A stretch of 64,000 nt of DNA. It comes from Phoronis australis. Its lineage: Eukaryota > Animalia > Phoronida. Under the pieces are notes generated by a model, which made no database searches, was not told the DNA's origin, and saw nothing but the letters and a program-made list of their open reading frames with translations. Every line of letters starts with the position of its first letter. Within the stretch, counting starts at the first letter, position 1. Positions 1 through 13,964 of this stretch are shown here, one piece after another. The translations under genes were made by a program, and so were the position numbers. The DNA is taken from NCBI GenBank assembly GCA_002633005.1, contig NMRA01000057.1:1083475-1147474 (forward strand), in the 5' to 3' direction.

Positions 1-1508
1 CTAAGGGTTAAACTCTGAAGCACTTTCTTTAGTCGTTGAAAGTCTCAATGTTCTTGTTGGTAACGGAAATAGAATAGTACCACAGTAAGGAATATTACAA
101 GACCAATTTTATGAGAGTAAAAGGTCTAATTCAAGTTTTCCCGTTGAACAGGGCGAAATACAGGTTTAAACTACTTATTACAAAACTAAAAAAAAGAACT
201 TGAATCCATACCGAAGTCTTCCAGAGAACAAACTTAAATTCCCCACTTCCTGTCTAAACAGTAAAAGTTCTTTAACTGCCTTCCTAAATGTGTTGTAAAC
301 ACCAATTGTCTAGAGGGAATACCTAAAATAGCTTACAGCAAATCCATCAATGAATTCTTGGCACATGAAGTCATGGCTTAGGTAGAACTGGTGAGGCAAA
401 GATTCCCCCACACAGACATCCAGACACATGTGGTTTGGCAGTTTAAACATGAGTAAGTTTTATGAATGAACTTGTAGACAGATGCTGAGCAACATTAAAT
501 ATCAACATGGACAACAGATGTCATTTGAGTCAACCTAGACAGATATAGAGTAGAGTTCAGTGTTGAACTTGGGTGACTTGGTATTATCTGGAGTAATATA
601 TTCATTGTGTTTCTAGATATTATCTAGTACCTGCTGTGTGCCTGAAAACTGCTGTAACAATTTTGCTGAAAGCTACAGTTACAGGAAAACTTAACTTATA
701 TGACCGCTCTTCCATAAGGTAGGATAATTTTTCAATTAAAGGCAAAAAACATTGTCACAGTGAAAAATTCTTCAATTTGAAACACAATACAAAAAATAGA
801 AACACGACAATTTTAGCAATTATTATTGTCACAAATTGTGAAGAATTTTTACTGTAATTATAGTAAATCTGTTCAGCGATTCTAGACCAGGTGAACAATG
901 TTCCTTCATCTTCTACATTAATCTTTAAAAGACTACTTTACAAGAGTTGTGGTTGATATAAAAAGGGTTTAATCGAAAAAGGTACAAGGGCGTGACCCTC
1001 TGTCTTCCAACTGCCACATCTAGATTATCACATTCATCCATAAACCAGGAGATAACCTACTCCCACACCTGAAATCCTAACAGATTACCTCAGTTTATTG
1101 ACTGTGTACAAAGAGGGCAGCATATTTTTGGACAAAGTAAACAAAATTCATCCCATTCTTTTTAGTTATCAAAATACCTTTGGTGTCAGGTGGTCACAGA
1201 CAGAATGTTATTCAAACAAATAAAAACATTTTACAACAGAATATCAATTTACCATATTAATAAACATGTCAATCAGTCATTCATGAAACATCAACTTCAA
1301 CAAAGCCCTATACTTGTTTCACTAGAAGACCTTGACCCACATGCCTGTATAGCAATGTTTCAAAGCAAGAGACAACAAACATGTATCAAACACTGGAATA
1401 TGCAACTGAGTGCATTTGCTTTAAAAAATACTGAACATCAACAGGGTCTAAATGTGTTCTTAACCCCCAACTGCTCACACAAGCACGCTCGGNGGGGGGG
1501 GAAGACCA

Positions 1509-2521
1509 CAGCTATTGTCATATGGACTCAAAGAAAGATCCCTACTCCAGACCGTGTGCATTCGGCTGGGGGATGGGGCAAGAGGCAGGCAACACGATTA
1601 ATTAATGTTGCTACAGAAACACAAACAATGCACTGTTTTCGTCTTATCTTTGCTTAAATTAAAAACAGTGAGTCTTATTCCTGACGTTATCAGAATTTAC
1701 CCTACAAACCTTCTCCACTGTCAGCTAGTTTTGTTCTACTTATGAGGGTATTATGCTTACCAAGTATATTAGTTTACAGGAAAGGCAAGTATACCCATAA
1801 ATGGTAAAATGCAGATGAGTGACTCATCTTCTAATAGTGGGGATACATAACACCATACTTGTCTGAGTATTCTACCAAACCACAGCTGGGTTAATTTCAG
1901 GCATTTTTAATCTTTTTAAACAAGAGGCAAACTCCCACAGGATTGGTTGACAACAACAGAATTCTATAGACATGACTGATTACTTGGCGGAATTCTTCGA
2001 ATTCCGTCAAGTATGTTGCTCTGACAGCAAGTTTTTTTTTTTTACTNCAGCTATTGTCATATGGACTCAAAGAAAGATCCCTACTCCAGACCGTGTGCAT
2101 TCGGCTGGGGGATGGGGCAAGAGGCAGGCAACACGATTAATTAATTTTGCTACAGAAACACAAACAATGCACTGTTTTCGTCTTATCTTTGCTTAAATTA
2201 AAAACAGCGAGTCTTATTCCTGACGTTATCAGAATTTACCCTACAAACCTTCTCCGCTGTCAGCTAGTTTTGTTCTACTTATGAGGGTATTATGCTTACC
2301 AAGTATATTAGTTTACAGGAAAGGCAAGTATACCCATAAATGGTAAAATGTAGATGAGTGACTCATCTTCTAATAGTGGGGATACATAACACCATACTTG
2401 TCTGAGTATTCTACCAAACCACAGCTGGGTTAATTTCAGGCATTTTTAATCTTTTTAAACAAGAGGCAAACACCCACAGCATTGGTTGACAATAACAGAA
2501 TTCTGTAGACATGACTGATTA
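1509..2521. repeat. Near-identical direct duplication (~475 bp unit, 539 bp offset)
   Basis: 1509-1982 (cagctattgtcatatggactc...gacatgactgatta) recurs at 2048-2521 with only a few substitutions. Both copies start close to an 'n' (1493, 2047), suggesting a contig or haplotype overlap. Confidence 0.9.
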
Positions 2522-5500
2522 TTAGATGGTTTTCAATGCTACTCCATAGGTTCGCCCCACAGAAACACAGAACACTTGATACTCAACAGCCACTGCATGA
2601 GGGTTTGAAATGAAGTGCACGAACCTGCTTTTCAGCTAAAACTATAATCTCACCTATTTACACCAAAGGTAATTGCCGAAATAACTTTTTATCACTATTA
2701 AAGGGTTCCAAACATTGATGTGAATGCCCACGCTTTTTCAAAACTGTTTTTGCTTGATGGTAGCTGGGGCACAATAACTTCCAATATGGACAAGCATTTT
2801 TTATTTGGTGCTTCATGTGGGAAGAAAAAACGAAAAAATAAAATTTCACTTGCTGACCACATTGTCTCCAAAATTGGTGACATTTTACGATACAGTAACC
2901 AACCAAGTTAAAATTTTCTATATCACGATGTCGCCATAAAACTGGTCTCCGCATGTTTCTTGCTCAGATGAGAATGCACTATTCCATGGGCCTATGCTAA
3001 AAAACTTCTTGCGTCCGGTACTAAAGAAATTCCAGCAATAGATTCACAAGCCCGAAATTCTCTGAAATCTACAAGGACAACAAAATTCACAAACTTTAGA
3101 CAACTGGTATGGTAGACAAAGGAATCTTTCATTTTTCAAGAAAAGTGCTCATCAAATAAATGCTTTATAACTGTGATGATTGAGAAATAAATGAGAAATA
3201 AACAAGCATTCACAACAATGCTAGAAATACTTGAAAAACAAAACAAAATCAATTTTAGCAATCAACTTTGTCCGAAATTGGTGAGATTTTCTTGGCACAA
3301 GGTAGAAACCGGTTTTGCAACAGAAAGAACTTGTCCAAATCAAAAGTCAAGCGAGTCATATGTTAGGTGAGGTGGGATTATAACTCGGCTTTACCATCAC
3401 TATCATCACCTCGCTGATTGTCATTAACACACTTTGTTATGATACTCTAGGGAAATATTATGAAGCCAGTGTTTTTGTTGTCCAAGAGAAAAACAAGCAA
3501 CAACTTCATCGTCCTCATCTGCAAAAGCAATACTTGTCCTCCGTCAAGTAAACACTTCCACTGAGAATGCTACTAAGTTCACACAAGAGGCGAAAACACT
3601 AGCAGTTTTTCCAGATTCAAAACCAAGCATTTTAGTCAGACACGAAGCGGTCATTCTCACCAGCAGTTGATTGCTCGTTGTTTCACCAACCGAATCCTTT
3701 TTAAAGTGAAAATGGATGTCATAATATGCCCACTGTCTGCAATAAAAAGCTACCACAAAGTCCTCTTCACAAAACAGCCCGTTTTCACTGCTGGCAATGA
3801 AGCTAGGGGAAACATTAAAATTTTACCCAGATTGTGTATGGGATATGGGGTTTTTTAACTTCACTCAAACATACTTGACAGCCAGACTCAATGACCACGA
3901 AATGGCGAATTAATGGGAAACAAAATCAAGGGTACCTTGCATTCTGTAAAACAAGAGCCCCACACGAAAAGCGAGATTGTGCAAAACCACATAAAATCCC
4001 AGGAGTATTTCTCGAGAAAGCTCATGATGAATACTGGGAAATAAAACCAAGGGTATGTTCCTTAAAATTGGTATCCCAAGAGAAAAGCAGGGTAGTGCAA
4101 AATCACAAAAATCGCCGAGTATTTCTTGAGTAAGCTCGAAACCTTAGGCATAATGACCGCCAGTGAAATGGTAGGTAGGTGAGGCTGTAACAAAGACTAC
4201 CAGAGGTAAGGTGCAAGTCAAAATTCTTTCATTCCATAAGCGAAGATTTCTAGCTGATAAAGTGTTGTTTTTATAGAATGCAGCCCTGGTAAATACTCAC
4301 TGCCTCACCTGCACAATAGAAACAGGTTCTAGACCAGTTTAATACCCTACAGTTAATCCTACTATAACATAACAAGATTAATCCCACCCTTCAATAGGAT
4401 AATCTGTATACTCTGACACACCTACTTTAATAAACTGCAACTACCCCTGCCTGCATCACAAACCACTCCAATCATTCCAGTAGATACCGGCCCTTCATTT
4501 AATGCTTCTAGCACCATATGCCTTTAACTAGACTGAGAAGACCAACGCAACAGTTGCCCAGTTATGTAGAGTTTCAATCAGTAGGAAAGCTTATGCTCCT
4601 GGACTTTAACTACTCTCAGAATACGAAAAGTTAAATCCAGTGTGACGAAAGTACGATAATCGCAAGATGTCAGACCACGGTATACAATCACGTGACAATC
4701 AACCATTCCATCCGGTGTTTGATCCAGCGAACTAGTGTAAACTCCTATATCACCAGTGGAGAGAAGATAATGGGAAAGGCGATTGAAATTATGAGAGTTT
4801 TAATAGACTGGTATTTCCCTAATGGGAAAGTAGCTAGCACTGAAACTACCCTTATTTAAAGGAGTTTCGCTCAGTGTGAAAGCGTAAATCCCGGGCTTAA
4901 AACTGACATTGCAGCTCCTCTCAAAACAGGCAGATTAAAGTGCTGAGTTGCAAAACTACCCTGCAGTGAAAAAAGTTAAATCCACTCAAACAGTAGTAAT
5001 CACCAACGGTTGATAGTGGTTGTTGCTACAAAGTTTCATTAGATCAAATTTTCTTTTATCGGAAACGAACAAAAGACAAGACTATACCCCATAGCACTGA
5101 AACGAAACATTTCATCAAGTGCTTTATTTTTGTTTTGAATGGTAAATTTCATATTTATTATCAGTTTTAAGCCATACCACAGACTTGTTCGAATGTGAAA
5201 ATTAATGTGGGGGCAGACCCCAAGTAACAACCTCTTATCCCATCACGATCATCACAAAGTTCCCAAGTGAGGCAGGGTCAACAGTTACCTCCTGAGAGGG
5301 CCAGTTGACCCTGCACACCTGAGTCGTCCAGCCCCAGGAACAAAATGATTGGATGAAAGCGACCATGCGGGAAAAATTCAACTGGAGTGACTCAATACCA
5401 GCGTGACAACATGCCCCTACTGTTGGTGGTATTGTAAGTTGCACCTCTTCAACTGCCACTCTCACACAGGTGACAGGCTTATCACGTGGATACTGTTCTG

Positions 5501-6620
5501 AGGGTGGGGGAGTTGACCCTGGGTGAACACATTCCTTGTAGTGTTCCTTTCTGGCACTGTTACTTTAAAAACTACTGACAATTAAATGCCTGTGGTGCAG
5601 CATTAGACACCTGGGATTATAGGTAACCAATTGATCTTGAGTCAGAACACCTGTTTAAAGTTGTATTAAAATGGAGAATAGTGTGTTTATACAGTTGTAT
5701 ACCATCACACTACTGACAGGAGAAATGCTACGGTAACAATTGGTTCAGAGAACAGTATGTGTTAAGTCGTGAGCCATTTCACAGCTTGTGAATGTACCCT
5801 GACAGGAAGATGTCCACACCACATGCATTAAAATTTAATTGCGAGCAGTTTCAAAGTAACAGCACTACAAAAGAACACCAGAGAAGACTGTGCAATCGAA
5901 AAATACTCAACACAGTTTGATAACCATTCAAAACACTTTTCCATCATCGGATATGACAAAGCTGATTTATATTTAAAACAGCTGATCCACTCCAACCCTG
6001 TATCCTTTATCAGAAATACATTGCATGCTGTTTTGTTTCATGTCCCCTGGTTTGACAGAAAATGCTATAGATCCAGTTCATAAGTCACAAAGATGTCTTC
6101 CAGAAATCTTTCAGGAGACATTTGCAATGATACTGCAGGTGTGGTCATGCAATTACAGTATCTATCAAGTGTGAAGTTGATGGTGTCATATCCTTTATAG
6201 AACAACCTTAAGAGATAAGAACAATAACTCTCAAAAACCTCCTCCAGGCCAATCACCACTTGACAGTAATGAAATTCTAAACCAATGGTCATCCTACAGT
6301 GGTCTGGCAAGCTAATTCAGTGCCTTGTTACTTGGCGAAATAAATTTCGCCAAGTATATTGCTNTTAATTTCCCTTACTTCTCAGTCATGAGGGAAGACT
6401 ACTCCCATGGGAATTCGGTTTCTGCCCAGCCGTGATGACTGGAGATTCCGAGTCATTAGGAGAATACCACCCAATTTAATTAGTCTTTTTACCATTTTAA
6501 TTAGTCCATATCCACATCGCCTCTTATACGGTCAACCTCAACTTGCCGAAAGGTGTCGCGTTAACCTGTGAGGAAGGTGAGAAACGACGCAGAGACGTCA
6601 CCGATTCATCTCCAGAGCGA

Positions 6621-6883
6621 ATGCCGCTATATTGCCGTGCATCATTCCCGCTTGTCCGAAGTATGAAGCTGCGAAGAAAGCGGGTATATCACTTTTTTGA
6701 CTTCCCCGAGAGTCCGAAATTCTTAGGAAGTGGCTCGCGGTAGTGAACAATGAAAAGTACGCTGTTAATAGCAAGTATGCAGCCGTGAAACATCTCCGTG
6801 TCTGTGGCCGGCATTTCGTCGACAGTGATTTTTCTGACGAATTCCAGCTTATCAAAGAACTATCCATACGTTCCGTTGCCTGA
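6621..6883 (+). pseudogene. THAP zinc-finger domain remnant (transposase-derived or THAP gene pseudogene)
   Basis: From 6638 the sequence reads CIIPACPKYEAAKKAGISLF*LPRESEILRKWLAVVNNEKYAVNSKYAAVKHLRVCGRHFVDSDF, matching the THAP C-x4-C...F-x-P...W...C-x2-HF signature. There is one in-frame stop and a frameshift after the ATG at 6621. Confidence 0.8.
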
Positions 6884-9234
6884 GCATGTTCACGGCACCT
6901 CTCTAGTATTTCTTGATCAGTGTATTCCAGTTCGAACTGATAGCCCTTGAAACCTAATGATCTGATCAGTAAAGTCTTCGACGGACGAGCTCTCGACTAA
7001 GTCCGGATTGGCGCCGGGCGAGTTGCCATGTAGACGTTTGTTATTCTGCGTTCCCTTTCAAAATAAATTATTCTCACCCTAACCAATGCTTATATAAAGC
7101 AGAAACAAAAGTCTGTCTCATTAGATACAATTTGTAATGCCTTTGGAGTATTCGTGAGTGCAAATGTTTTGAGAAGCCAGCAATGAATAAACCACCGTGT
7201 TACTGGCTTTAGACGCAACAAAGGTAACTGACCGGGCACCGAGACCGCGTGAGTGCATGCTAATTCAGTGTTTGCTAACAGAAACCTGTTGTGAAACAAT
7301 AACTTTATTTTATATGCTATGGTCACATGTTAGGGGAATCTTTATTTATATATACAAATACATTATTCAAATCATTGTTACTGACGGTTCTGTGAAGGGG
7401 AACCCGACTTCGCGGCCCCCGACAAGTAGATTTTCAGTTTCGTGGCTAATTCCCCTAAATAATTATGTACACATTATTTTTTTGGCTCACTATTATAGTG
7501 TTTTCGTGACTGGGAGTTTAGTTTCCAACTTACGCTGGTATATGTTCCTGACATCCATTTCCGGCGGCCGCGACTTGCCTGATCGGGTTCCGAGCCACTG
7601 GCGAGGAGTAACGAGCGTTTTGTGTGTTTAGAACTGATAAAATCGCAAGTCTAAAAGTACAACACACAGCTATGTTCCCCATCTGTATTTCATGGAAAAA
7701 TGATTCGAATTTATAACCAAACTTAATCCCTGTGATCGACCATGGTAAATTGGCCCGTTACAGGTGAACTCTGTAGACTACGGTACGTTCAAATACCTAT
7801 AAATCCGTAACAACAAAAAAATAAAACAAAACGTTTGTTCAAGAACTCTATGTATTTGTAAGGGGTTTACATCGAATTTTGATTATTTATTGGTGTTAAA
7901 CGATGAATTCAAGCAATAAGTTGACAAGTAAGTGTGTTGTGAAAGGCTGAACAGACTGCGTTTGAACCGATTATGTCATTGGTTAATTTCAACACCTCCG
8001 TCTACCGTTAGGTGTCAGGTAAAACAACTGAATTTGTTGTTAGCGAGTGGAATTACTCGATCTATATTGATACAAAATAGGTTGTTTATTGGGTGACATT
8101 CTCCTTGGCATGGACTGTAGTAAAGACGCATTATCAAATGTGTCGTGGGGTTGGGAAGCATCCAACTGTTGCACACAGGGTAGGTAGCGATATACTTAGT
8201 CACTTGCCCAGATGCCAATGTGAGTAAAAATGGTTGGGAGAGTAGAAATTTCCTTTTCCGGTCGCCCAAGCGGCAAGCGAATTTTTAGAGTGCACTAAAA
8301 ACTGTCGTTTGCAAGATTTATTTATTTTTTCTTTATTAATGTAATGATTATAATGAGGGTAGCCCCATCAGTTCACACTGCTTTCCATGGGGGTCCTCAA
8401 GATGAAAATTAATAAATTTTCTCTTCCCTGTGTTGTTTTATCATGAATTTAAGGTAACCGTTAATTTTGGCCAGCATCTCGATGCTCCAACAGTAAAAAA
8501 CATCGACGCAGTGTGCTCCTAGTGAGTCAGTACATGTTAACCGTTTTGCGATATGTCTGGACAAAAGGTCAGAGCGAGAGGTCCCTGCACAAAGGAATTT
8601 ATGGACTAGTCTGCAACAACGAAAATGGGGGAAGGCGGAAGACAGGTCCATGGGCTCACAGCGAGTGAAAAAAACATATTTCGTGGAACTGACACCTTAT
8701 TGTACAGTGTAATTTTAGCGAAGATTATTTAATAAATAATAACATTGAAGACATATATAAATTATAATGATTGTTCTTGTTATCGTTACAAGCATTTAGT
8801 AAAATAAAAATTTTCTGGCTAACTCGCCGAGCTGGCCAGCAGAGTTTTGAAACCTGAGTATATCCCTGAGTAACCACAATGACTATAACTACAGATTTTG
8901 CAAAACCCACTGACATTGACAAGTTGAACTTTTTTGCAAATTATGCCGCACACTGGCTAAACCATCAAAGTCAATGATTATTGTTAGTACATTTAGAGCT
9001 GTCAATGTCTTTAATTTACAACTCAGAACACATACTTCTGTACGAGATTTCTATCTGATACGCCTCTTTATTTGTCAACACACTCCATGAAACATATTGA
9101 CAAAAGTTATCTGCCTGACCACATGCTACAAACGCCATTCTTTAAGTCAAATTGAAGGGTGTTGTAGTATGGACAAAAATATTGAACAGGACCAGGTATC
9201 AAATCATTTCAGTGTAAAAACGGTAATTTGCCAA

Positions 9235-9670
9235 ATTAGGCAACTGAACGAAGGACTGCTTAAAAAAAGTTTGAATACAGGAGTAGTTGTTCGAGTTGAA
9301 ACGAATTAAAGATATCGGGGGCCTTCTGAGGTGGCGTTATTCAAAAACCCCATAACCACCTCGACCATGATCCTTTAACCCACGACTTGCGGCAATAGAG
9401 GTATCTTTGCACTTTTTACACATTTCATAACCCCTATGCACAAATGGTATTAATAGCAACAAGACTTTGATGGTTTAATCAGGGTGAGGCATAATTCGTC
9501 GAAAAGCTTCTGACGTATGACTGTAATTACTTATTTTCAAGTTACAAACTGGTTACTAGTGTACGAAGGCTCTACGTAAGCACCGCCGCTACTTAACCAA
9601 TACTTAACTTAGTTGATTTACTGACTACACCACTACTGCTAAGTAGAGACGATGGTGGCACTTTCTGATT
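9235..9670. mobile_element. Fragment of long-TIR MITE family (same family as 26460-27020)
   Basis: Shares gttcgagttgaa..gaattaaaga, ttaatcag.gtgaggcataattcg and agagacgatg blocks with 26787-27020. A further arm in opposite orientation lies at about 9795-9963. Confidence 0.65.
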
Positions 9671-9963
9671 TTAAAATCCTGAAACATGAACACTGAATGT
9701 TCGGTACAACTATATATAAGAGTGATTTCTATGAATAGACAGTGACCAGTGTCCCACAGGCAAGGAGGATGGTAGAGCTCCTATAGGTGCTACACATGCC
9801 GGAAGCTTTTCAGTGAATTATACCTTGCACTGACTAAAGAACGTTAACTCACCATTTTTAACATTGCACGCGCCAGGTGGTATGACGTCTTATCCCCTGG
9901 CGCGCGCAGTGTTAAAAATGGTGAGTTACTGATTTTGGGAACTGAATGAGGGACTGCTCGAAG

Positions 9964-10454
9964 CAGGCCTTTATCCAGGATTTTGAAAATAGGGTGTCCA
10001 AAATGGGGTTCCCAATATTCCAGGGCGTCCATGATTCCGACGCGTAACCCCCCACCCCCAGCAATACCCCCAAACACACAGATTTTTTTACAAAAAATGT
10101 ATAGATCAAGGTTTTTACATCTAAGTTTATAAAACAACCTTCTATGGTGAGCATTTTTACAAATAAAAACTGTGTAGACCAAGACTTTTACAATGCTGTC
10201 AATCAAGTGTCAAAATAGCAACAATGCATATACTTTGTATATACATTGTATATTTCTTCCTGCTTTGAAAAAGAGCCCCCACTGTGAGCCTTCAGAGGCT
10301 TCCTAGTATTCATTACAATGTGTGAGTCCAAACTTGAAAGGTTCCTATTGACAGTGGGCGGCCAAATGATACATTGGGCCTCCTTGCCAAGGCATCCAGA
10401 TTAGTGCTAGGGCGTCCATTTGGACGCTCAGGACGGACGCTGCATAAAGGCCTG
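9964..10454. mobile_element. MITE with 15-bp TIRs (hAT-like CAGG termini), nested in the preceding repeat
   Basis: caggcctttatccag ... ctgcataaaggcctg (14/15 inverted match). No clear TSD. Confidence 0.65.
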
Positions 10455-13400
10455 GACTGGAGTTGACCGTTTATACCGCACCACAGCGTAGATGCTGTGC
10501 ACTACAAAGTTACCTGGTTCTGTTTCCATCCAGGACAGAAGCAACCCCCCAAAACACCAATGCCTGGACATTATATGGTAGTATGAAAGGGCCAACAGAA
10601 AGTTTCCTTTGATATCAAGAACACTGATCTATCTCCCTCCCTTTGAGTGGAGCAGGGCAAATACCCAATTATCCATGACTTTAGGACAATAAAACACTAG
10701 GCCGAAATCAAATAAACTTCCTGGACAAAAACTGGTCATATTTTCTATCTATTTGACTTCTGACATTGAATTTCCTGTGAAAAGTTAAGCAGGCATCAGC
10801 TTTTTAAAAAAGAATTTTACAATAAATATCAATATAATAAATGTTAATATAATACATATTAATATAATAAATATTATGCCAAAAAGGTTAACCGATGGAT
10901 GTGGTAATTGCTTTATGACTTGTGACCTCTAACAAAGTATTGCCCAAAGGCTTCACCGTTATCTGATCTTGGAAATCACTTTAGTCTGGACTTGTAACAG
11001 TCATGGGTGAGAACTGGCCCCCATGTTGTTTCTCACTGGTGACAACAGGGGGAACATTTGTAATGGCTAAGACTAGTTTGTTCCTAAGAAGTGATTTCAG
11101 GTCTTGCAAACAAGCAATAACCAACTGTCAGGACGGTCTTTCCAAACCCAGGAATCGTATCTATTTTGACTAAAGGAGCAATTTATGCTATTTCATCACG
11201 ACAAGTGGTGTAAATCAAAATTTTCTTTACTGTGACGCAACACCCTTAGATGTTTTAACAAAAACCGGAACTGGTCACTGAAACAAACAGGTGGTTCAGC
11301 ATATAGTTAAACTACGCAGTTGTGTGGCAAGGAATAAGCACAAACTCACTTTGATTGGAAGGCGTATTATGCACCCCTCCATCCCCTCAATCTCCCTTGG
11401 TTTAATCTTATCCATGAATCACCTTTCCATTACAACACAGGATTCTCCATGGGAAAAATCCAAGCATGGTTAAAACTACAAATCCTGTTTTTGTCTCCTA
11501 ATCTCTCTTCCTACTAATTCATAACTTAACACCTAGAGTAACATGACAATTAAACTTACTGAGCATGTCACAATCGTTCCTAAAGCAGAAGAATTCACAA
11601 GAAACATCATGCAGTACCAAGTATTTCAACCATTTACCAAGTAATGCCCAGGCTTTTTCCATCAGGGCTGAAGATTTTGAAACATGGCTCATGGCTTATC
11701 AAATATGGCTCAGGGCATCTAAATATGATTCAGTATTACATGTACATGTATACCTACACACACATCCCATGGGGAACACTGTACCATTATGCCAAAAAGA
11801 ACCTTAACCATCACCACAATTTAACATCAGGCAGCCACTTGCCAGTTGGACTCACCTGTCTACCATTGCAATCCACTGGAAATGACCAAGACCCCCTGTG
11901 GACAGACAAAAACACTACTACCCCTGAGTGACTGCTGAAAGCAATACTGTCACAAATGTCTGTATAGGGCTTTGGGACCATGGCACCAAATGCAAGTGTA
12001 AACTATCCCCCAGGCTACTGTATGTGTTCAGCCTGTTATGTAACACTGTGTAGCAATGCCCTTTACATTAGACAACTGCCATTCACTGGTTCACAGTTCA
12101 ACACCAGGAACAGCAAATGACCATCCCACTCCTCTAAAGCCTGAACCATATTCCATCAACCACTGGCTACTGGACATTCTCAACATACCTACTTGGCATT
12201 GTACAACCTTTCTCTGATCATGACTGGCATTCTACCACCTCACTCTAACACTGCCCCTCACACCTATCAAGGAAGTGAGTTGTTCATTCAAGCTATAGGG
12301 TACTGGTACCATAGTACTGTAATTCCTTCAGGTGAAGTGTTCAGGAAAAGAGAAGGAAATTTCAAAGGGGCGGCATACAAGCCAACATAATAGGCTCGAT
12401 AATGCTTCAGTCCCTGACAAACTTCAAGGCAAATGCAAGTCTTTGAAGATCAGTTAATTTATTTACTTGCTTAACCATCATGGTGAAGTTAACACACCGA
12501 ATTGATACAAGATAAAACCAGGAGTGTTATACTGTATGCTTACCTGCAATGTTGGAAGACAGTGATTCTGTCATTGACAGTAACCAAGGCTGTTACAAGT
12601 AGGTATGTAAGTGTTAAAGTGCATGTCAAGACTGCTCAGTGTTCTTAACTATAAATTACCATTCATCCTGATTAACACTGAGAATGCTCAGGGCACTTAA
12701 ACTGAAAATTACAAAAATCAGGGAGTAGGCATTCGCACTGCAACTAACAGGTTCAAGGAGCTGCATTTTACAGATACCTTATCGGCATTTTGACCAAACC
12801 AATTTTGTGAAAACTTATTTGCAAAGGATATAATGGTATGTTTTCAAAATAAACACAATCAAAGCTGCATTTCACTGTTGATGACGCCTACCTATCAATG
12901 TTGATTACTTAACGGAAATACTAATGGGGTTAAAAAAGATTACAACACTCATATGATCTTGTGCTGCAACTCGAGTCTTTTCTCCAGTCGTTGACGGTTT
13001 CCTTGCTCTAGTTAAATATGGAATTTTCAAACTAATTTTAGAGTTTAGGGTGGTGCATGAACCAAATGTCTTAAGCTGAACTTCATTTTTTATGAATTTC
13101 TCGGTATAGATGCAAAAAAATGTGCAGAAATGTAATTTATGACCAGAAGTAGAGTTTAAGCGAACCAAAAAGTAATGCCACAAGGCCACTGTAATCGTCT
13201 GTAATAGATAGGCGGTGTGTTATCTCTCCTCGATATTTACCTACGCTGTTGTGTTTAGTTGTATTTGAATGTGTTACAGCTTTGGCCATTTTTTACCATT
13301 TATCAGTAAAACATTAGAGCTAAAAACATGAATGTCGATTCCAAAGGCATCCAACAGACGGATGGGTAGGGTAGGGTATTAGCAGTTGAAAACCCATAAG

Positions 13401-13591
13401 ATACCAACATTCCAAGTACTGTATGTTTGACCTTTGAACTCTGGGAGAGTTGACTTCTAAAGGGGTGAGCCATACAGAAGTTAGGGTTGGTTTATTGACT
13501 GTTGTCAACTTGATTTTTAATTTCACGCTTGTTTTATTTCACGTCATAGTTGACTACACTAGAAAACAGGACGCGAAATTAAATATATTAA

Positions 13592-13964
13592 AGGGGAAGG
13601 CAACCTTTTTTCTTGTCATTTTTAGCAAAAATAAGGTTCACTGGTTATCCCAGATATATTTTTCACTTAATTGCAGCTTTTCGCAACTTATTAATTAATT
13701 GACCAACTCGTAAACAAAAGCAAACAACAACCTAACTTATAACAACCAAAGTAGAGCACGGACTGACTGGCAGCTCTCACTGTAGTCAGTCCATACGAAA
13801 AGAAATTGGCGCAAAATTCTTGCCTCCCAAAACGTCACTTCAGGAGTAGAGGACGAGTAATTGTTTAAATTACAAAAAGCTGTAATTAACTGAAAAATAT
13901 GTCTGGGATAATCAACGAACCTAAATTTTTGCTAAAACTGACATGAAAGAAGGTTTCCTTTGCC
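13592..13964. mobile_element. Kolobok-like MITE
   Basis: Imperfect TIRs of about 110 bp (aggggaaggcaacctttttt...tcccagatatatttttcacttaattgcagcttt / aaagctgtaattaactgaaaaatatgtctggga...aaggtttcctttgcc) flanked by TTAA on both sides (13588-13591, 13965-13968). Confidence 0.7.

Noticed and set aside
1190-2196. Duplicated ORFs ending ATETQTMHCFRLIFA
   Set aside because: They cross 'n' junctions of a probable assembly-overlap duplication and show no recognisable domain.
5021-5470. Minus-strand 3' LTR with polypurine tract (tgttgct...agtaaca; gggataagagg)
   Set aside because: Only 7-bp imperfect termini, and no recognisable integrase motif upstream.
7390-7761. Solo LTR (TG...GTTACA)
   Set aside because: No matching TSD, second LTR, PBS or internal coding sequence.
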